In this document: positions 14,045 to 27,611 of the stretch, piece by piece
How positions within the stretch are numbered: the stretch's first letter is position 1
Layout of the letters: the number at the start of each line of letters is the position of its first letter
Source: Octopus vulgaris
Lineage: Eukaryota
DNA: 64,000 nucleotides
Reading direction: 5' to 3'
Assembly (NCBI GenBank): GCA_951406725.2
Contig: OX597821.1
Coordinates: forward strand, 113,088,001 to 113,152,000
Program-made: the position numbers and the translations under genes
The notes under the pieces: model-generated
Told to the model about the DNA's origin: nothing
What the model saw: the letters and a program-made list of their open reading frames with translations, nothing else
Database searches by the model: none

Positions 14045-14415
14045 CTTCTCTACTCTAGATTTTATTGACCCCAAAAGGATGAAAGGCAAAGTCGACTTCG
14101 ACGGAATTTGAACTCAGAATGTAAAGACAGATGAAATACCGCTAAGCATTTTGCCTGGCACACTAACATTTCTGTTAGCTTGCTGCCTTAAATAAACATT
14201 CTTTTCTACTCTAGGCACAAGGCCTAAAATTTTGGGGGAGGGGACCAGTTGATAAGATTTACCCCAGTATGCAACTGGTACTTAATTTATTGACCCCAAA
14301 AGGATGAAAGGCAAAGTCGAACTTGGCAGAATTTGAACTCAGAATGTAAAGACAGACGAAATACCACTAAGCATTCTGCCCGGTGCACTAACATTTCTGC
14401 CAGCTTATCGTCTTC
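14045..14415 (-). mobile_element. Two tandem copies of a tRNA-derived SINE with GCCTTTCATCCTTTCGGGGTCGATAAA core
   Basis: Repeated block ATTGACCCCAAAAGGATGAAAGGCAAAGTCG...GAATTTGAACTCAGAA. The core resembles the Deu/Nin-type SINE domain (from memory). Other copies lie at ~2140-2330, 20960-21105, 23053-23280, 34705-34900, 41090-41320 and 49845-50178. Confidence 0.8.
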
Positions 14416-14735
14416 AAATACACATATATTAACTGCAAATATTTTATCCTTTTATTGTCATAAGAGCTATCAGATGAGGCTGGCATCGTGGCCGTTTGCC
14501 AGCCTCGTCTGGCACCTGTGCCGGTGGCATGTAAAAAGCACCCACTACACTCACGGAGTGGTTGGCATTAGGAAGGGCATCCAGCCATAGAAACACTGCC
14601 AGACCAGACTGGGCCTGGTGCAGCCTTCTGGCTTCCCAGACCCCAGTTGAACCATCCAACACATGCTAGCATGGAAAGCGGACGCTAAACAATGATGATG
14701 ATGATGATTGATGATGATATATATTTGTGTGTGTG

Positions 14736-14778
<43 letters not shown>

Positions 14779-15404
14779 ATATCAATAATATAGTGATTGT
14801 TTCTTGTCAGGAACAAAAAGATTAATAGAACTGCTATAGAAGTGCTCTATTGAAAGAGACAAAAATCAAACTAAAGTTATTGAACAAACAAATGCAAGGT
14901 CATCCGCATAGCATTTCATAATTCGAACATTTAATCATAGAATATACATATAAACATCCCGCAAGATGGAACGTAATTCATTTGTACAATCATACAAGCA
15001 TATAATAATAATAAGGTGCGACAAAAAAATTTTTTTCCTTCATCACAGTATAGAGTTAATATTTTAACGATTCAGAAAAATACATTTTTTAAAAAAAACC
15101 TAGAAAGTAAAAATATAATATAATATAAGTAATATATAAAAAAATATATAGGTATATAAAAATATATAAAATATATATATATATACATATAGGAGCATAT
15201 AAAAAATATATAATATATATCATGTAAATAAAATAAAAGTTCATCGTTTAGAAATCTATTAAATAATTATTCAAGTAAAAGAAGCCTTATAGTTAAAAAG
15301 GGAACCATATTTACTTATCCCTATGGCCATTTCAGGGGTGTATTATGTTTAAAGCACTAGGGTGCATCCAGATAATACCTCCTTCATCCAGATAATACCT
15401 CTTT

Positions 15405-15435
<31 letters not shown>

Positions 15436-16524
15436 ACAGGTTACATAGCTGTTTCATGCAATTCTATATAGGATTACAATTATCAAATATGTTTGCTCAG
15501 ATCTGAATATATATACATAGCAATATCAAAATCATGCCAGTGGCACATAAAAAGCACCATCGGATCATGGTCAATGTCAGTTCCTCTGGCCCTTGTGTTG
15601 GTGGCACATAAAAAGCACTCACTACACTCATGGAGTGGTTGGCATTAGGAAGGGCATTCAGTTGTAGAAATACTGCCAGATCAGATTGGGTCCTGATGCA
15701 GCCTCCTGGCTTCCCAGACCCCAGTCAAACTGTCCAACCCATGCAAGCATGGAAAATGGACGTTAAACGATGATGATGATGATTATGATATATTGAAGAG
15801 CATAGGCTTGAAATGTAAAAGACTTTTTCACTTTACCAAGTGTCAAACTAACACACCTGCTTGTTTTTTATTCACCTTTCTTCGTCTTTTGCTTTTCTGT
15901 AAATTTCAAATATATATATATATATAAGAATAAATGATATATGTATATATAATTTATTCTTACTTTGTCATTGCACTGCAGCCAATCTTGGGTACCATGT
16001 TGAAGAATTTAGCTGAATAAATCGATCCCAGTTCTAACTCTTTTCTGAGCTCAGAAACTTATTCTATTGGAATATTTTGCTTAGCTGATACATTACAGGG
16101 ATGTAAACAAACCAACACTAGTTGTCTAGGGAGCACATAACGTATATCAGCAGACACAAACGATCTGGCATCGGTGCCAGATCTGCCAAATCACATGATC
16201 ATTACTGATATTTTTTTTTGATAAGTCTGTTGGTTATTTTCAACTTTTCAGTTACTGTTATTCTGTAGATTGTTGACAGTGAAATTTGGTTGGCATGCAA
16301 TGAGTGGACATCTGTCACTGAGGAAGCACAATATGCTGAAATCATAGGATCTAACATGATTTGCTCTCGTACTTGACAGGTATTATCAGCTAACAATATA
16401 CATCTGTTCACTTTGTGCTGTGTGTCTGTATAAGTAGACCTACCAAAACAAATACCACAGTATCCAATATTTTAAGAATATATCCATGTTGATTGACCTC
16501 TGGTATTAATATGGCTTCCTTTGT

Positions 16525-16572
<48 letters not shown>

Positions 16573-17024
16573 TAATTAATTAATAAGGGTGAGAGAATTA
16601 GATACTAATTTAATAGTATATTTATTCAACACCAAGTGGCCTAGTGCTCCGAGAAACCTGGATTATTATAATATTTTATAACATATTATAATATTTTTAC
16701 AAAATAAATATAAGAGGTGGTCACTATATTGCTCATCTATTAATATTTCAAATAAAATACATATGAAAGTCAGTACGACTGTTAGCTCACACGGACAGGG
16801 CAAATAAAAAATAACAAAAATACAGATTATTTTGGGACAATTGTTTCGCTATTAATGAATTAAATGTAATATTATTACAAAAATCCATTTGTGTCAGCCA
16901 AGACTATCTGGATGAAATCCATAATCATTTTACCATAACGATAAATACGCGTGTGGTTCAATATACATCCGTTATAATTCAAATGTCACACGGAAAACAA
17001 ATACAGCATTTAGTATATTTATTT

Positions 17025-17059
<35 letters not shown>

Positions 17060-17493
17060 CATACATATATATTTATATATGTATATAAACATATATATAT
17101 ATATGCATATATATGATAGATATATATATATATATATATTACCCTTTTATTTGTTCCAGTCATTTGACTGTGGCCATGCTGGAGCACTGCCTTAAAGAGG
17201 GTTAGTCAAAGAAGAAATTGACGCCAGAACTTATTCTTTATAAGCTTAGTACTTATTCCATCGTTTCTTTTGCTGAACTGCACTTATGTCCCTGTAAACA
17301 AGTGCACCCTGTGAAGGACTAGTCTCCTGAACAGTGAGGAGTGTTGACCTGCTTGCCTATCCACTGGGGTGGCATCCTTCATAAGCTAAAACAATGCAAG
17401 GAAGCACATGGGGCTTTTTATAAAAATTCACTTGTGGATATTCACTAGTGTTTGAGTTAGATATATGTATAGATAGATATATATAGATGTATA

Positions 17494-17897
17494 CTCTTTA
17501 CTCTCTTACTTGTTTCAGTCATTTGACTGTGGCCATGCTGGAGCACCGCCTTTAGTCGAGCAAGTTGACCCCAGGACTTATTCTTTGTAAGCCTAGTACT
17601 TATTCTATCGGTCTCTCTTGCCGAACCGCTAAGTTACGGCAACGTAAACACACCAGCATTGGTTTTCAAGCGATGTTGGGGGTACAAACACAGACACACA
17701 AACATACACACACATACATATATATACATACATACGATGGGCTTCTTTCAGTCTCCGTCTACCAAATCCACTCACAAGGCTTTGGTCGGCCCGAGGCTAT
17801 AGTAGAAGACACTTGCCCAAGGTGCCATGCAGTGGGACTGAACCCAGAACCATGTGGTTGGTAAGCAAGCTACTTACCACACAGCCACTCCTACGCC
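17494..17897 (-). mobile_element. Full-length tRNA-derived SINE (dominant family, >15 copies in the window)
   Basis: Minus strand: head GGCGTAGGAGTGGCTGTGTGGTAAG...GGGTTCAGTCCC (A/B boxes), central (TA/TG)n, tail ...GACTGAAACAAGTAAGAGAGTAAAGAG. Confidence 0.85.
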
Positions 17898-20112
17898 TAT
17901 ATATCTATATCTAGATCTAGATCTGTCTATATACATATATATAGAGAGAGATTTGTGTATGAAGCTTATTTGGTAAAATATAATTTACAGTTTTCTTAAT
18001 TAAGTCATTCTTTCCTGGTTTATTTTAGTCATTAGGCTCAATTCGTTTACAGACCAACATGGTTTATCTTGTTCTTCTGTTGTATTTTTGGTATTAATTT
18101 ATTATTCATTTCATGTAGTTACAACAGGAATAACATTGTTCAGCTTATGCTGTAACCTACTTTGACAAGCTGAGGAAGAATATTTTAAAGAATTTTTTTT
18201 CTTTTCTGAGTGCTTTGGGTTAAATATAGGTTATTAATAATCTTAATATTATTAGATATTGAAGTCTTCTAATTCTGTGGTAGAACAACGTAGGAATATG
18301 GATATTTTAGAATTACTTATTTGTTGGAACTACAAAATGATGGGTGTGTGTTTAAGAAGCAAGTTTTGCAAGTGCTTGGTTCCAGGTTCAATCCCATTGC
18401 ATGTCACCTTGGGTAAGTGTTTTCTATTATGGCCCTTGGCTGACCTTAAGGGAATTTGGTAAATAGAGACTGTATCTAAGCTCAGTGTGAGTATGCATGT
18501 GTGTGTGTGTGTGTGTGTGATGTTATAACGTGACGAACCAGACTATCAGATGTTGTTATGCACCACTGGTCACTGTGCTTCCTGGCATTGTTTTAGCTTA
18601 TGAATGATGCCACCCCAGTGGTTAGGCAAGCAGGTTGACACTCCTCCCTGATCAGGAGACTAGTCTTTCACAGGGTGCACCTGTTTACAGCTGGGTGGAC
18701 TGCAGCAACATGAAAGTGTTTTACTCAAGAGTACAACGTTCAGCTAACCTGAGAATCGAAACCATGATCTCATGGTTGTGAATGCAATGAGCCTAAGCAC
18801 TTTGCATGCATGTGTGTGGCTGTGTCTGTGTTTGTCACTTCACCACCTGACAGCCAATGCTGGTTTGTTTATGTCCCTGTAGCTTAGTGGTTTGGCAAAA
18901 GGGACTGATTGAATGAGTATCAGACTTTAAAAAGTATAATAAATACCCTCTACACTCTCGGAGTGGTTGGCATTAGGAAAGGCATCCAGCTGTAGAAACC
19001 CTACTAAATCAGATTGGGACCTGGTGCACCCCTCCTCCAGCTTACCAGTTTTCAGTCAAACCATCCAACCCATGCCACCATGGAAAGCAGACATTAAAAG
19101 ATAGTAATGATGGGATTGATTTGTTTGCCTAAGTCCTTCAAGGCAGCACCCTAGTATGGCTGCAGTCCAATAACTGATGCAAGTAAAAGAAAAAAGGTTT
19201 AAAAAAAAAAAAAGCATATATGCAAATTATATCGTTCATGTTGTTTCTGGTTTGTTGTAGGATGAAGAATGGTTAAATTACTTCCATTTCAACCCCAATT
19301 AAGATATGAAAATGCTAAAATGCTAATTTTCCTCATGGAACCATTTAGAATGTCTTTTGCTTAAATATAGTTTCTGTTATAATAATGAGAGGTTGAGATC
19401 AAACTCCCCTGAGGTCGACCTCTCCTTTCATCCTTTCGGAATCGGTAAAAAAGTGTTCAAATGAAACGCTGGGGTCAATGTAATCAACTGGGTCCCTCCC
19501 ATGAGATTTTAGGCTTTGGGCCTAAATTAGGAGACGTTCTAATGAGGAAGAGCAGAATGTCAGGATTGTTAATGTATGAGTTAGTTTGCATAAAATGTTG
19601 TCTTAAAATCCTAAAAATTAAATTATTTTGTGTCTTTTAAAAGACTTCATTATTTTTGCTTAAGCTGGTAAAAATTAAAATGCTACAGTGATGATTAATG
19701 ACTTTTAAGGAAAATTTAAAATGTCCTAAAGTAAAGTCTCTCATCCATCAATTCCGAAAATGTAAACGTTTTTTTTTTTTTTTTTTGCATTTGTTTTCAA
19801 AACCATCAAAATTCGTTTAGATTGATTAATAAGTTCCAAATATTTAGATAAAAAAATAACAAAACAAAACAAAACAAGCACAGGTTGTGTGATTAAGAAG
19901 TTTGCTATGCAACCATGTGGTTTCGAGGTCAGTCCCACTGTATGACACCTTAGGCAAGTGTCTTCTGTGTCAGTTGCTATATCTCCAGGCAAACCAGAGT
20001 TTTTGTGAGTGGATTTGATTGATAGAAATTTGATGCTAGTGTGTATGTATATGCAAGTGTATGTGTGTATACATACAAAATATATATTGAACGCCAAACA
20101 TCCTCTTCCAAG

Positions 20113-20164
<52 letters not shown>

Positions 20165-21849
20165 ACCTTTCATCATTTGATACTGGATCACCTCCTCTGA
20201 TGCCCACCTTTGTTGTGACAAGACACCTGCTTCTGTCTCTCTGTCACACTCTAACCTTTCATCCCCTGACACAAGTTCCCCTCCTCAAATTCCCCCTGCC
20301 CCTCTCATAATTCCTTATCTTGTGAGTTACTTGGTGACCCTGCCAGTACTGGTGCCACATTAAAAGCATCCAGTCCACACTGTAAAAATCCAGCTGTAAA
20401 AATCTTATCAAAACTAACTTCACCTGTGCTAATACCTCGTAAAAAGCACTAAGTCCACTCTGCAGAGTGGTTGGTTTTAGGAAGGGCCTACAGCTGTAAA
20501 AATCCTGCCAAAACAGGCACTGTAGCCTAGGGTAGATTTTCTACCTGGCCAGCTCCTGTCAGTCATCCTACCCATGCATGCATGCAAGATGGACGTTAAA
20601 CGATGATGATATGTATTCACATACACTACATGCTTTCATAGTATGATTTCTACAACCGGAGATGCTTTCTAATTGCCAACACCTTTATGGAGTGTGTTGA
20701 TTGCTTTTTCTGTAGCACCAGTATTAGTATGGTCACAATGCAGCTTGCATGACTAACCCCCTTTGGCTACAGTAGGTGGGGTGGGGAGGTGACTTTGTTA
20801 TGAGATGAAGGACTGCAGTATAAGACAAGGAGCCAGGCCAGAAAGGGTCTCTTGCTATAGTGGAGGTTTGTGGCTCCTCACATTATGGAAGAGTTAGCAG
20901 TAGTAGCTAAAGCAGAGATGGAGAGATGAAATAGTTGTGATGAGGTGTCAGGGTAGAGTGCATAACTGGTATTTATTTCATCAACCCCGAAAGGATGAAA
21001 GACGAAGTCAACCTTGACGGAATTTGAACCCAGAATGTAGCAACGGGCAAAATACTGCTAAGCAATTTGCCTGATGTGCTAACGATTCTGCCAGCTCGCT
21101 TCCTTAATGATGATGATAATAATAATAATAATAATATAGTGGACAGGAAAATAGAGGATGAATGAATGGAAGACAGGGAGATGACTTGTGGTTGGGAGAG
21201 ATTACAAGTGTGTGTAGGGGACAGAGGTAGGGAATGAAGGGATTATTTTGTAATATCCCTTGAATAGTTTGCAATATTTGCTTCAGACATTTTGCATAAA
21301 TTGAGAAAGAAAAACAACAGAAAACAGATTGTAAAAACAAATATAATGATATTGTGGTGAAACTACAAGGCAGGAAAATATTGAAAGTAATTATCAGATC
21401 TTGCTTGCTGTTGATCGAAACTGTTCAATACTATTTAAAAGAAAAAAAAATAATAGAAAATATAATAATGATAGATTTTAGAAGACTTAGAACATGAAAG
21501 CTACATTTCCTGTGTCGCAAAATCATTGTAACATATGAAACACATTACATGGGATGCCTCCAGCTGGGGCAATCTAATAACATATTTACTGCTCTGTTTA
21601 TGAGGGAGAAAAACGATGAAAGAAAACTAGCAAAAAACAAACAAACATAAAACAATATATTAAAACAATAATGTATATGTATATAAAACAAATTAGTAGT
21701 TAAGTGTGCGAGGGTGCAATCCATTTGCTGGTTACTATGGAAACCGTGCATATGTTCATGTGAGATGTAATTAATTTTTTTTTCTTTCTTCTTAGCGTTT
21801 CTATCACTGGTTTAATAGTACTGCAAGATGGTGTTTCCTTTTTGTATAT

Positions 21850-21996
21850 AGTTGTGTATGTATAAATGTGGGTGTATGTATGTATATATATATATATATA
21901 TGCATGTTTGTATGTATGTATGTGTATATGTAGTGTTATATATGTGTATATGTATATATAGTGTTATATATGTGTATATGTATATATATATATATA

Positions 21997-22038
<42 letters not shown>

Positions 22039-22053
22039 CATGTGTGTATGTAT

Positions 22054-22099
<46 letters not shown>

Positions 22100-22111
22100 G
22101 TGTGTATGTAT

Positions 22112-22160
<49 letters not shown>

Positions 22161-22175
22161 CATGTGTGTATGTAT

Positions 22176-22216
<41 letters not shown>

Positions 22217-22420
22217 TGTGTGTGTATGTATGTATATATTTATATATGCATGCATGTATAGATATCTGTATGTGTCTATATGTGTATCATTGTATGTGTT
22301 TGTGTGTATAGATACATGTTTGTGTATGTATGTGTATATCTGTCTATGCATGCATGTGTGTGTGCCCGGCCATATGTATATACCTGTGTATGCATATGAA
22401 TATATTTGTGTGCGTGAGAT
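21850..22420. repeat. Complex (TA)n/(TG)n/(TATG)n satellite with ~60-bp higher-order unit
   Basis: TACATGTGTGTATGTATGTATGTGTG(TA)n recurs three times. Confidence 0.9.
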
Positions 22421-23304
22421 GTTGCATGATATTGCGACATGTGCACTTAATGCAGAAAAATGCGCAAAAGATTAGAAATGAAAGAAGCACGCCTACTCGT
22501 TTAGATGTGCCTCATTATTAATGTGCATCAATGATGAGGCACAGTTTGAGCTGAGAAAACCACTGGTTGTTAGAGGAATCAAACCATAGTGTACAGAAGA
22601 CGTGACAGCACCATTTTGGACATGGAATATATATATACAGATGATGGCAGATGGTTGAAGAAGTGTCAGGAAAGCTATGTGGGAAGATGCTGCAGGAAAG
22701 GAAGAATGAAGATGGAGGCAGACGTGGTGAAAGCTGATCTCTAGATGGTCGACCTCATGAAAGATATGACTAAGGCATACAAATGATGACATGCTGTTTT
22801 GGAGAGGAACCATCTAACCCAGTCAAGCATGGAAAAACAGATGTAAAACTGATGATATATGTTAGATATATTGAATTTCTAAATGTCTCAGAGAGACATG
22901 AGCGGTGGTGGGGCAATATAGTGGTTGTATACTGTCAACTCAACGTGACAGTCCCGTAAATATATGATATATATATATTTGATAATATATGTGATAATAT
23001 ATGTGTACATACATGCATACATATATATATATGAATGTATGTATTAAGTATAAAGGCAGTGAGCTGGCAGAAATGTTACCATGCTGGGTGAAATGCTTAG
23101 TGGTATTTCTTCTGCCGTTACATTCTGAGTTCAAATTCCGCCAAGGTCATCCCATCATTTCAAGGTTGATTAAATAAGTACCAGTCATATACAAGGGCCG
23201 ATGTAATCGACTTAATCCTTTTGTCTGTCCTTGTTTGTTCCCTCTATATTTAGCCCCATGTGGACAATAAAGCAATAGATATATGTATTATGTAAATATT
23301 GATA

Positions 23305-23614
23305 TGTAGTAAAGATTGTTTGCCAACATAATATGGCAGTCCTGGTTTAGGACGAATGTTGCTGTAATTTAGCCCCGGGAGACATTTTCTCCAGCTGGCT
23401 ATATGACACGATCTATGTCATATTTTCAAACAAGAAAATATAAGGACACAGAGTGTGTTGTATAGCCAGCTGAAAACGATGTCACCAGGGGCTAAATTAC
23501 AGCAACATTAGTCCTAAACCAGGACTGCCATATTATGTTGGCAAACAATCTTTACTACAAAGTACTGTTGCTGAATATCTCTCGTTGCGAGATTTAAAAA
23601 TAGTAATTTCCAAA
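23305..23614. mobile_element. Palindromic fold-back MITE
   Basis: 23305-23559 is an imperfect ~255-bp palindrome (TGTAGTAAAGATTGTTTGCCAACATAATATGGCAGTCCTGG / CCAGGACTGCCATATTATGTTGGCAAACAATCTTTACTACA). The extra right-arm sequence matches the 9801 copy inverted. Confidence 0.85.
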
Positions 23615-25261
23615 TATTAATATGTTTAATCACTTCCAGGTTTTCCATCAAAATTCTGTATCACCCAGTTAAACAAAGTTCTATATATCATTATCATCAT
23701 ATGTCCATTTTCCATGCTGGTATGGGTTGGACAGTCTGACAAGGACTGACAAACTGTAAGATTGTATCAAGCTCCAGTGTTAGCTGGCATGGTTTCTATG
23801 GCTGGATGTTCTTGCTAATAATTCTTTCCACTATAAGCAAGGCCTGAAGTTTGGGAGGAAAGTGGAGGGGCTAATCGATTACATCAACCGCCGTGCGTAA
23901 CTGATGCTTATTTCTGAAAGGATGAAAAGCGAGGTTGATTTTGGTGGAATTTGAAGTCGGAAAGAAGAAGGATGAAATGCCACAAAGCATTTTGTCTGGT
24001 GTGCAAATGATTCTGTTATTGTTTTTGTTGAATAAAATTTGTTGAAAGAAAGCCACAATAATTATGCACCAACCCAATATAAAGATCAGTGAAATGAGGT
24101 ATGTGGTATTAAGTCTACTGTTCAAATACCCAATGAAATATCCACATATCTATGCAATGGCATATCTAGGCACGGCTGTGTGGTTAAGGAGCTTGCTTTG
24201 CAACCATGTGGTTCCAGGTTCAGTCCCACTATACAGCACCTTGGGCAAGTGTCTTTTACTATAACCCTGGGCTGATCAATGTCGCATGAATTTATTTTGT
24301 AGATGGAAAGTATGGAAGGTCATTATGTGTATGTATGTGTGTGTGTGTGTGTGTGTGGCTACTGATTGAGAACTGGTGTTGGTTTGTTTACATCCCTGTT
24401 ACTTAGCAGTTTGGCAAAAGACCAAAAATCCCTTCAAGGCTGTGCCCCAGTATGGCCACAGTCCAATGACTGAAACAGGTAACCAGTAAAAGATAAAATC
24501 TAAGCATTTCATTTCTGCATAACAATATATTACTGGTATTCAATTTGTAGGTCCTTAGAGACTTGACGGTCAACTTTGACAAGATTTATGTCAGGTATAG
24601 GATGTCACGAGATATCTTGTCTTGCTTGCAACTCCTCCATCTCTCTCTTGCTCTCTTATCATGCAACATGACTATAGGCATTGTTGATCGAGAGCCTCCA
24701 TACCAAAATCTAAAGATTCCTAAATTTTTTTGAGAATGATGCAGCAGTGGTTTCCAATTGTCTTCTGTTGGGTTATCTACAGCTTACTTTACCAGTTTCT
24801 TGCTCACTATAGCTTATACTTGAGGCATAGAGCCTATATAACCTTTAAATGAGGGATTGGTTCATTTGACATCAGAGCAGATCACTGCTTCAGCTGGCCT
24901 TTATGACATGTGCCTCGGTTGTGTGTGTATCTTTACAAATTAGCTTGTTTACTCCAAGTCAACCAAGGAGCTTCTATATGGTCATTCGGGTTGCTAGAAA
25001 TAACAACTAAATTGCCCTCAAATTACAGCCTGGTATTGTAAAAAAAAAATGGAAGGGCACGCATAATAATGTAAACCTTTAATGAAATATGCTTATAATT
25101 TAACCTTTGGTCATAGATCTGTTTATTCAGAACTGTATGCTTACAAATTAGCTTGTTTACTCCAAGTCAACAAAAGGTCTTCTCCAAAGACTTTCAGGTT
25201 GCTAGAAATAACAGCCAAATTGCCTTCAGACTACAACCTGATATTGTAAGAAAAGGAGTCT

Positions 25262-25432
25262 AGGACATTTACCCCCCCCCCCCTGGACAATAACTCCTGA
25301 GGACAATAGATGATGATTTAAAACTTCGTAGTATATTAGAGAGGGGTTAATCAACAAAGGGAGTAATTGTCCTAGTGGGTAGTTGTCATCGGGGTGGAAT
25401 TGTCCTATGGGGAGGTGGATGTAATTGTCCTG
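25262..25432. mobile_element. Short MITE-like element with inverted GGACAAT/ATTGTCC sub-repeats
   Basis: Three GGACA motifs on the left and three to four TTGTC(C) motifs on the right, with C-rich versus G-rich spacers. Confidence 0.45.
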
Positions 25433-25665
25433 AAACGAAGAAAAGAAAGGACACCTAGAATAATGTAAAAGCCATAGTGAGCTATGTAAACATCTTGGTT
25501 GGAATACCTTTGATCATATACCTGCTCATTCGGAACTGACCTGGGGTTAAACAGTGACAACAGACTTGTCCACTCATTACCCAAGGCTAATGCAGGTATG
25601 TGTGTGTGTTGCAATCACACACACACACACACACACACTCGTATGTGTGACACAGTCACCTCTTG

Positions 25666-25702
<37 letters not shown>

Positions 25703-26581
25703 ACACACACATGTAAAATGGTATAAAACATGCAGTAAATGTAATTATTTATTTATGTCTCTGGCAGAAAGCCAGCCACTACACAAGACTGGAATGACAA
25801 TACCATATTGATAATGGTTTCTTCCATTAAGCACAAAGCCATTCTGTATATAGGAAAGGTGTCTACACAATTAAATCAGCTCCAACACATTGTTGTTGAA
25901 ATGGCCAGTCGTATGCATAAAATATTGGATTTCTGCTGAAAGGTCTTCAGTTTAAATCCACTGCGGTTGTTTCGTTGTTTATTTTGGCAGCACACTTCAA
26001 GCTCCGTCTCTTCGTCTGCCAAGCTGTCTTCAATATGTACTATTTATCATTATTATTGTTGTTGTTGTTCAGCCCTAGGCCAGTCTTAACCAAGTAGAAC
26101 CCGTGGTATGCATATAGCAAGTTGAATGATTTTTTTTTGTGGTCTATATTTCTGTTGTGTGAGGTTTAGATGTGATGGGGAGAGTTGGGTCCAGCTGTTT
26201 GAATACTGATAGTTTGACCTGGCTATTGGAAGCCAGTACACACACACACACACACTCACACACACATGTATACTCAGAAAGAGAGAGAGAGAAAGGCAGG
26301 GGAAAAAACATTAAAACATCTTGTCTTGGAAGGGTCATTACACCAGTAATGATAAACACATGCACTGGTTCAATATCACTTCTTTAATGTTATACAATCA
26401 GCTAAATATAACAAAAGCCCATGCTCAAAACATCATTTCCACTCCTATTTTTCCAACTAAAACTTTCACTAAGCACCAATCTAATATATTCACTGTGTAC
26501 ATCTAATTGACTTTAGTTGATTTTCTGGTTATTTTTTAATTTATTTTTGAATTGCCTACGCATGCATACATGCACACATAC

Positions 26582-27611
26582 ATCAGATGAAAGGATGAGT
26601 ATATATGAGCAGAAGACTATGCATGGATATGTTAGTAGAAAGCTCCGTGATGATAGTAACATCAATCATCAAAGCAGTTTATCATGGACGAATAGCCAGA
26701 ATACTACGTCCCACTTTGAAGGGTATGCATTTGCAATCCAAGAACAGGAAATATCAACCAAGTACCTGATGCACAAAAGGGATACAAATGCAGGACAAGC
26801 TGTAAAATGTGACAACTGATGCAGACTTTCTGGAGTTCACACTGAAGATATCACCCACATCATAAGCAGTTGTCCAAAAATGTCATCACAGTATTATCAA
26901 CCGATGAGACATGATGTTGTAGCTAGGACACTGTACAATGGAATCTGTCAGAAGGATAATCCCAAGGACAAAGAAATAAGAACCCACAGTATGGTAGAAG
27001 CCATTGTCACTCATAATAAAAAGGAATACTGGTGGAATGTACCAGTGAAGACCTCAACAAAATGTAAGCACAACAGACCTGATATTATGATTTGGGATAG
27101 AGAAGAGAAACTGTGCAGAGTTGTGGAAATTAGCTGTCCAGCAGATGTTAACATAAAACTGAAGATCAGTGAAAAAGAGAACACCTACTCTTAACTATTG
27201 AGAAATCTGCAGTTGCTCTATCCAGATTTCAAGTTCAGGTTTATACCTGTAATTATTGGGGCCCTGAAATATGTAACACACTGCCTAAATACCAATCTTG
27301 AGAAGTTAGGCTTCTCAAAAGGAGAAAGCTAATTCGAAGACTACAGATCCAATCTATCACTGGAAATGTAAAAATCTGTAAAACTTTCCTGAAGTTTATC
27401 ATTTAAATATATATTAGCATGTCTAGATATGCAATTATATGCATGAGAATACATACATAAAACATACAAATCTGCACGCACATACATACATACAAACAAA
27501 CAAACAAACAAGCCCTGTTGTTGATGTTGAAATTCCAATGAGGGAACCTTGGATCTAGGTTATAAACTGGTTCTTTCTCTATTGGCAAGAAATCTTGAAA
27601 TAAACTGAATG
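26582..27611 (+). mobile_element. 5'-truncated R4/Dong-like non-LTR retrotransposon (restriction-like endonuclease), inactivated
   Basis: Zinc-knuckle remnant CRLSG..EDITHIISSC, RHD, NRPDIMIWD...VVEISCP...K..EKENTY (PD-(D/E)xK RLE), IPVIIGAL. Has in-frame stops; 3' UTR with AATAAA followed by (CATA)n. Confidence 0.88.

Noticed and set aside
17800-17897. tRNA genes from A/B-box sequences
   Set aside because: These are SINE heads attached to SINE bodies; no complete cloverleaf is evident.
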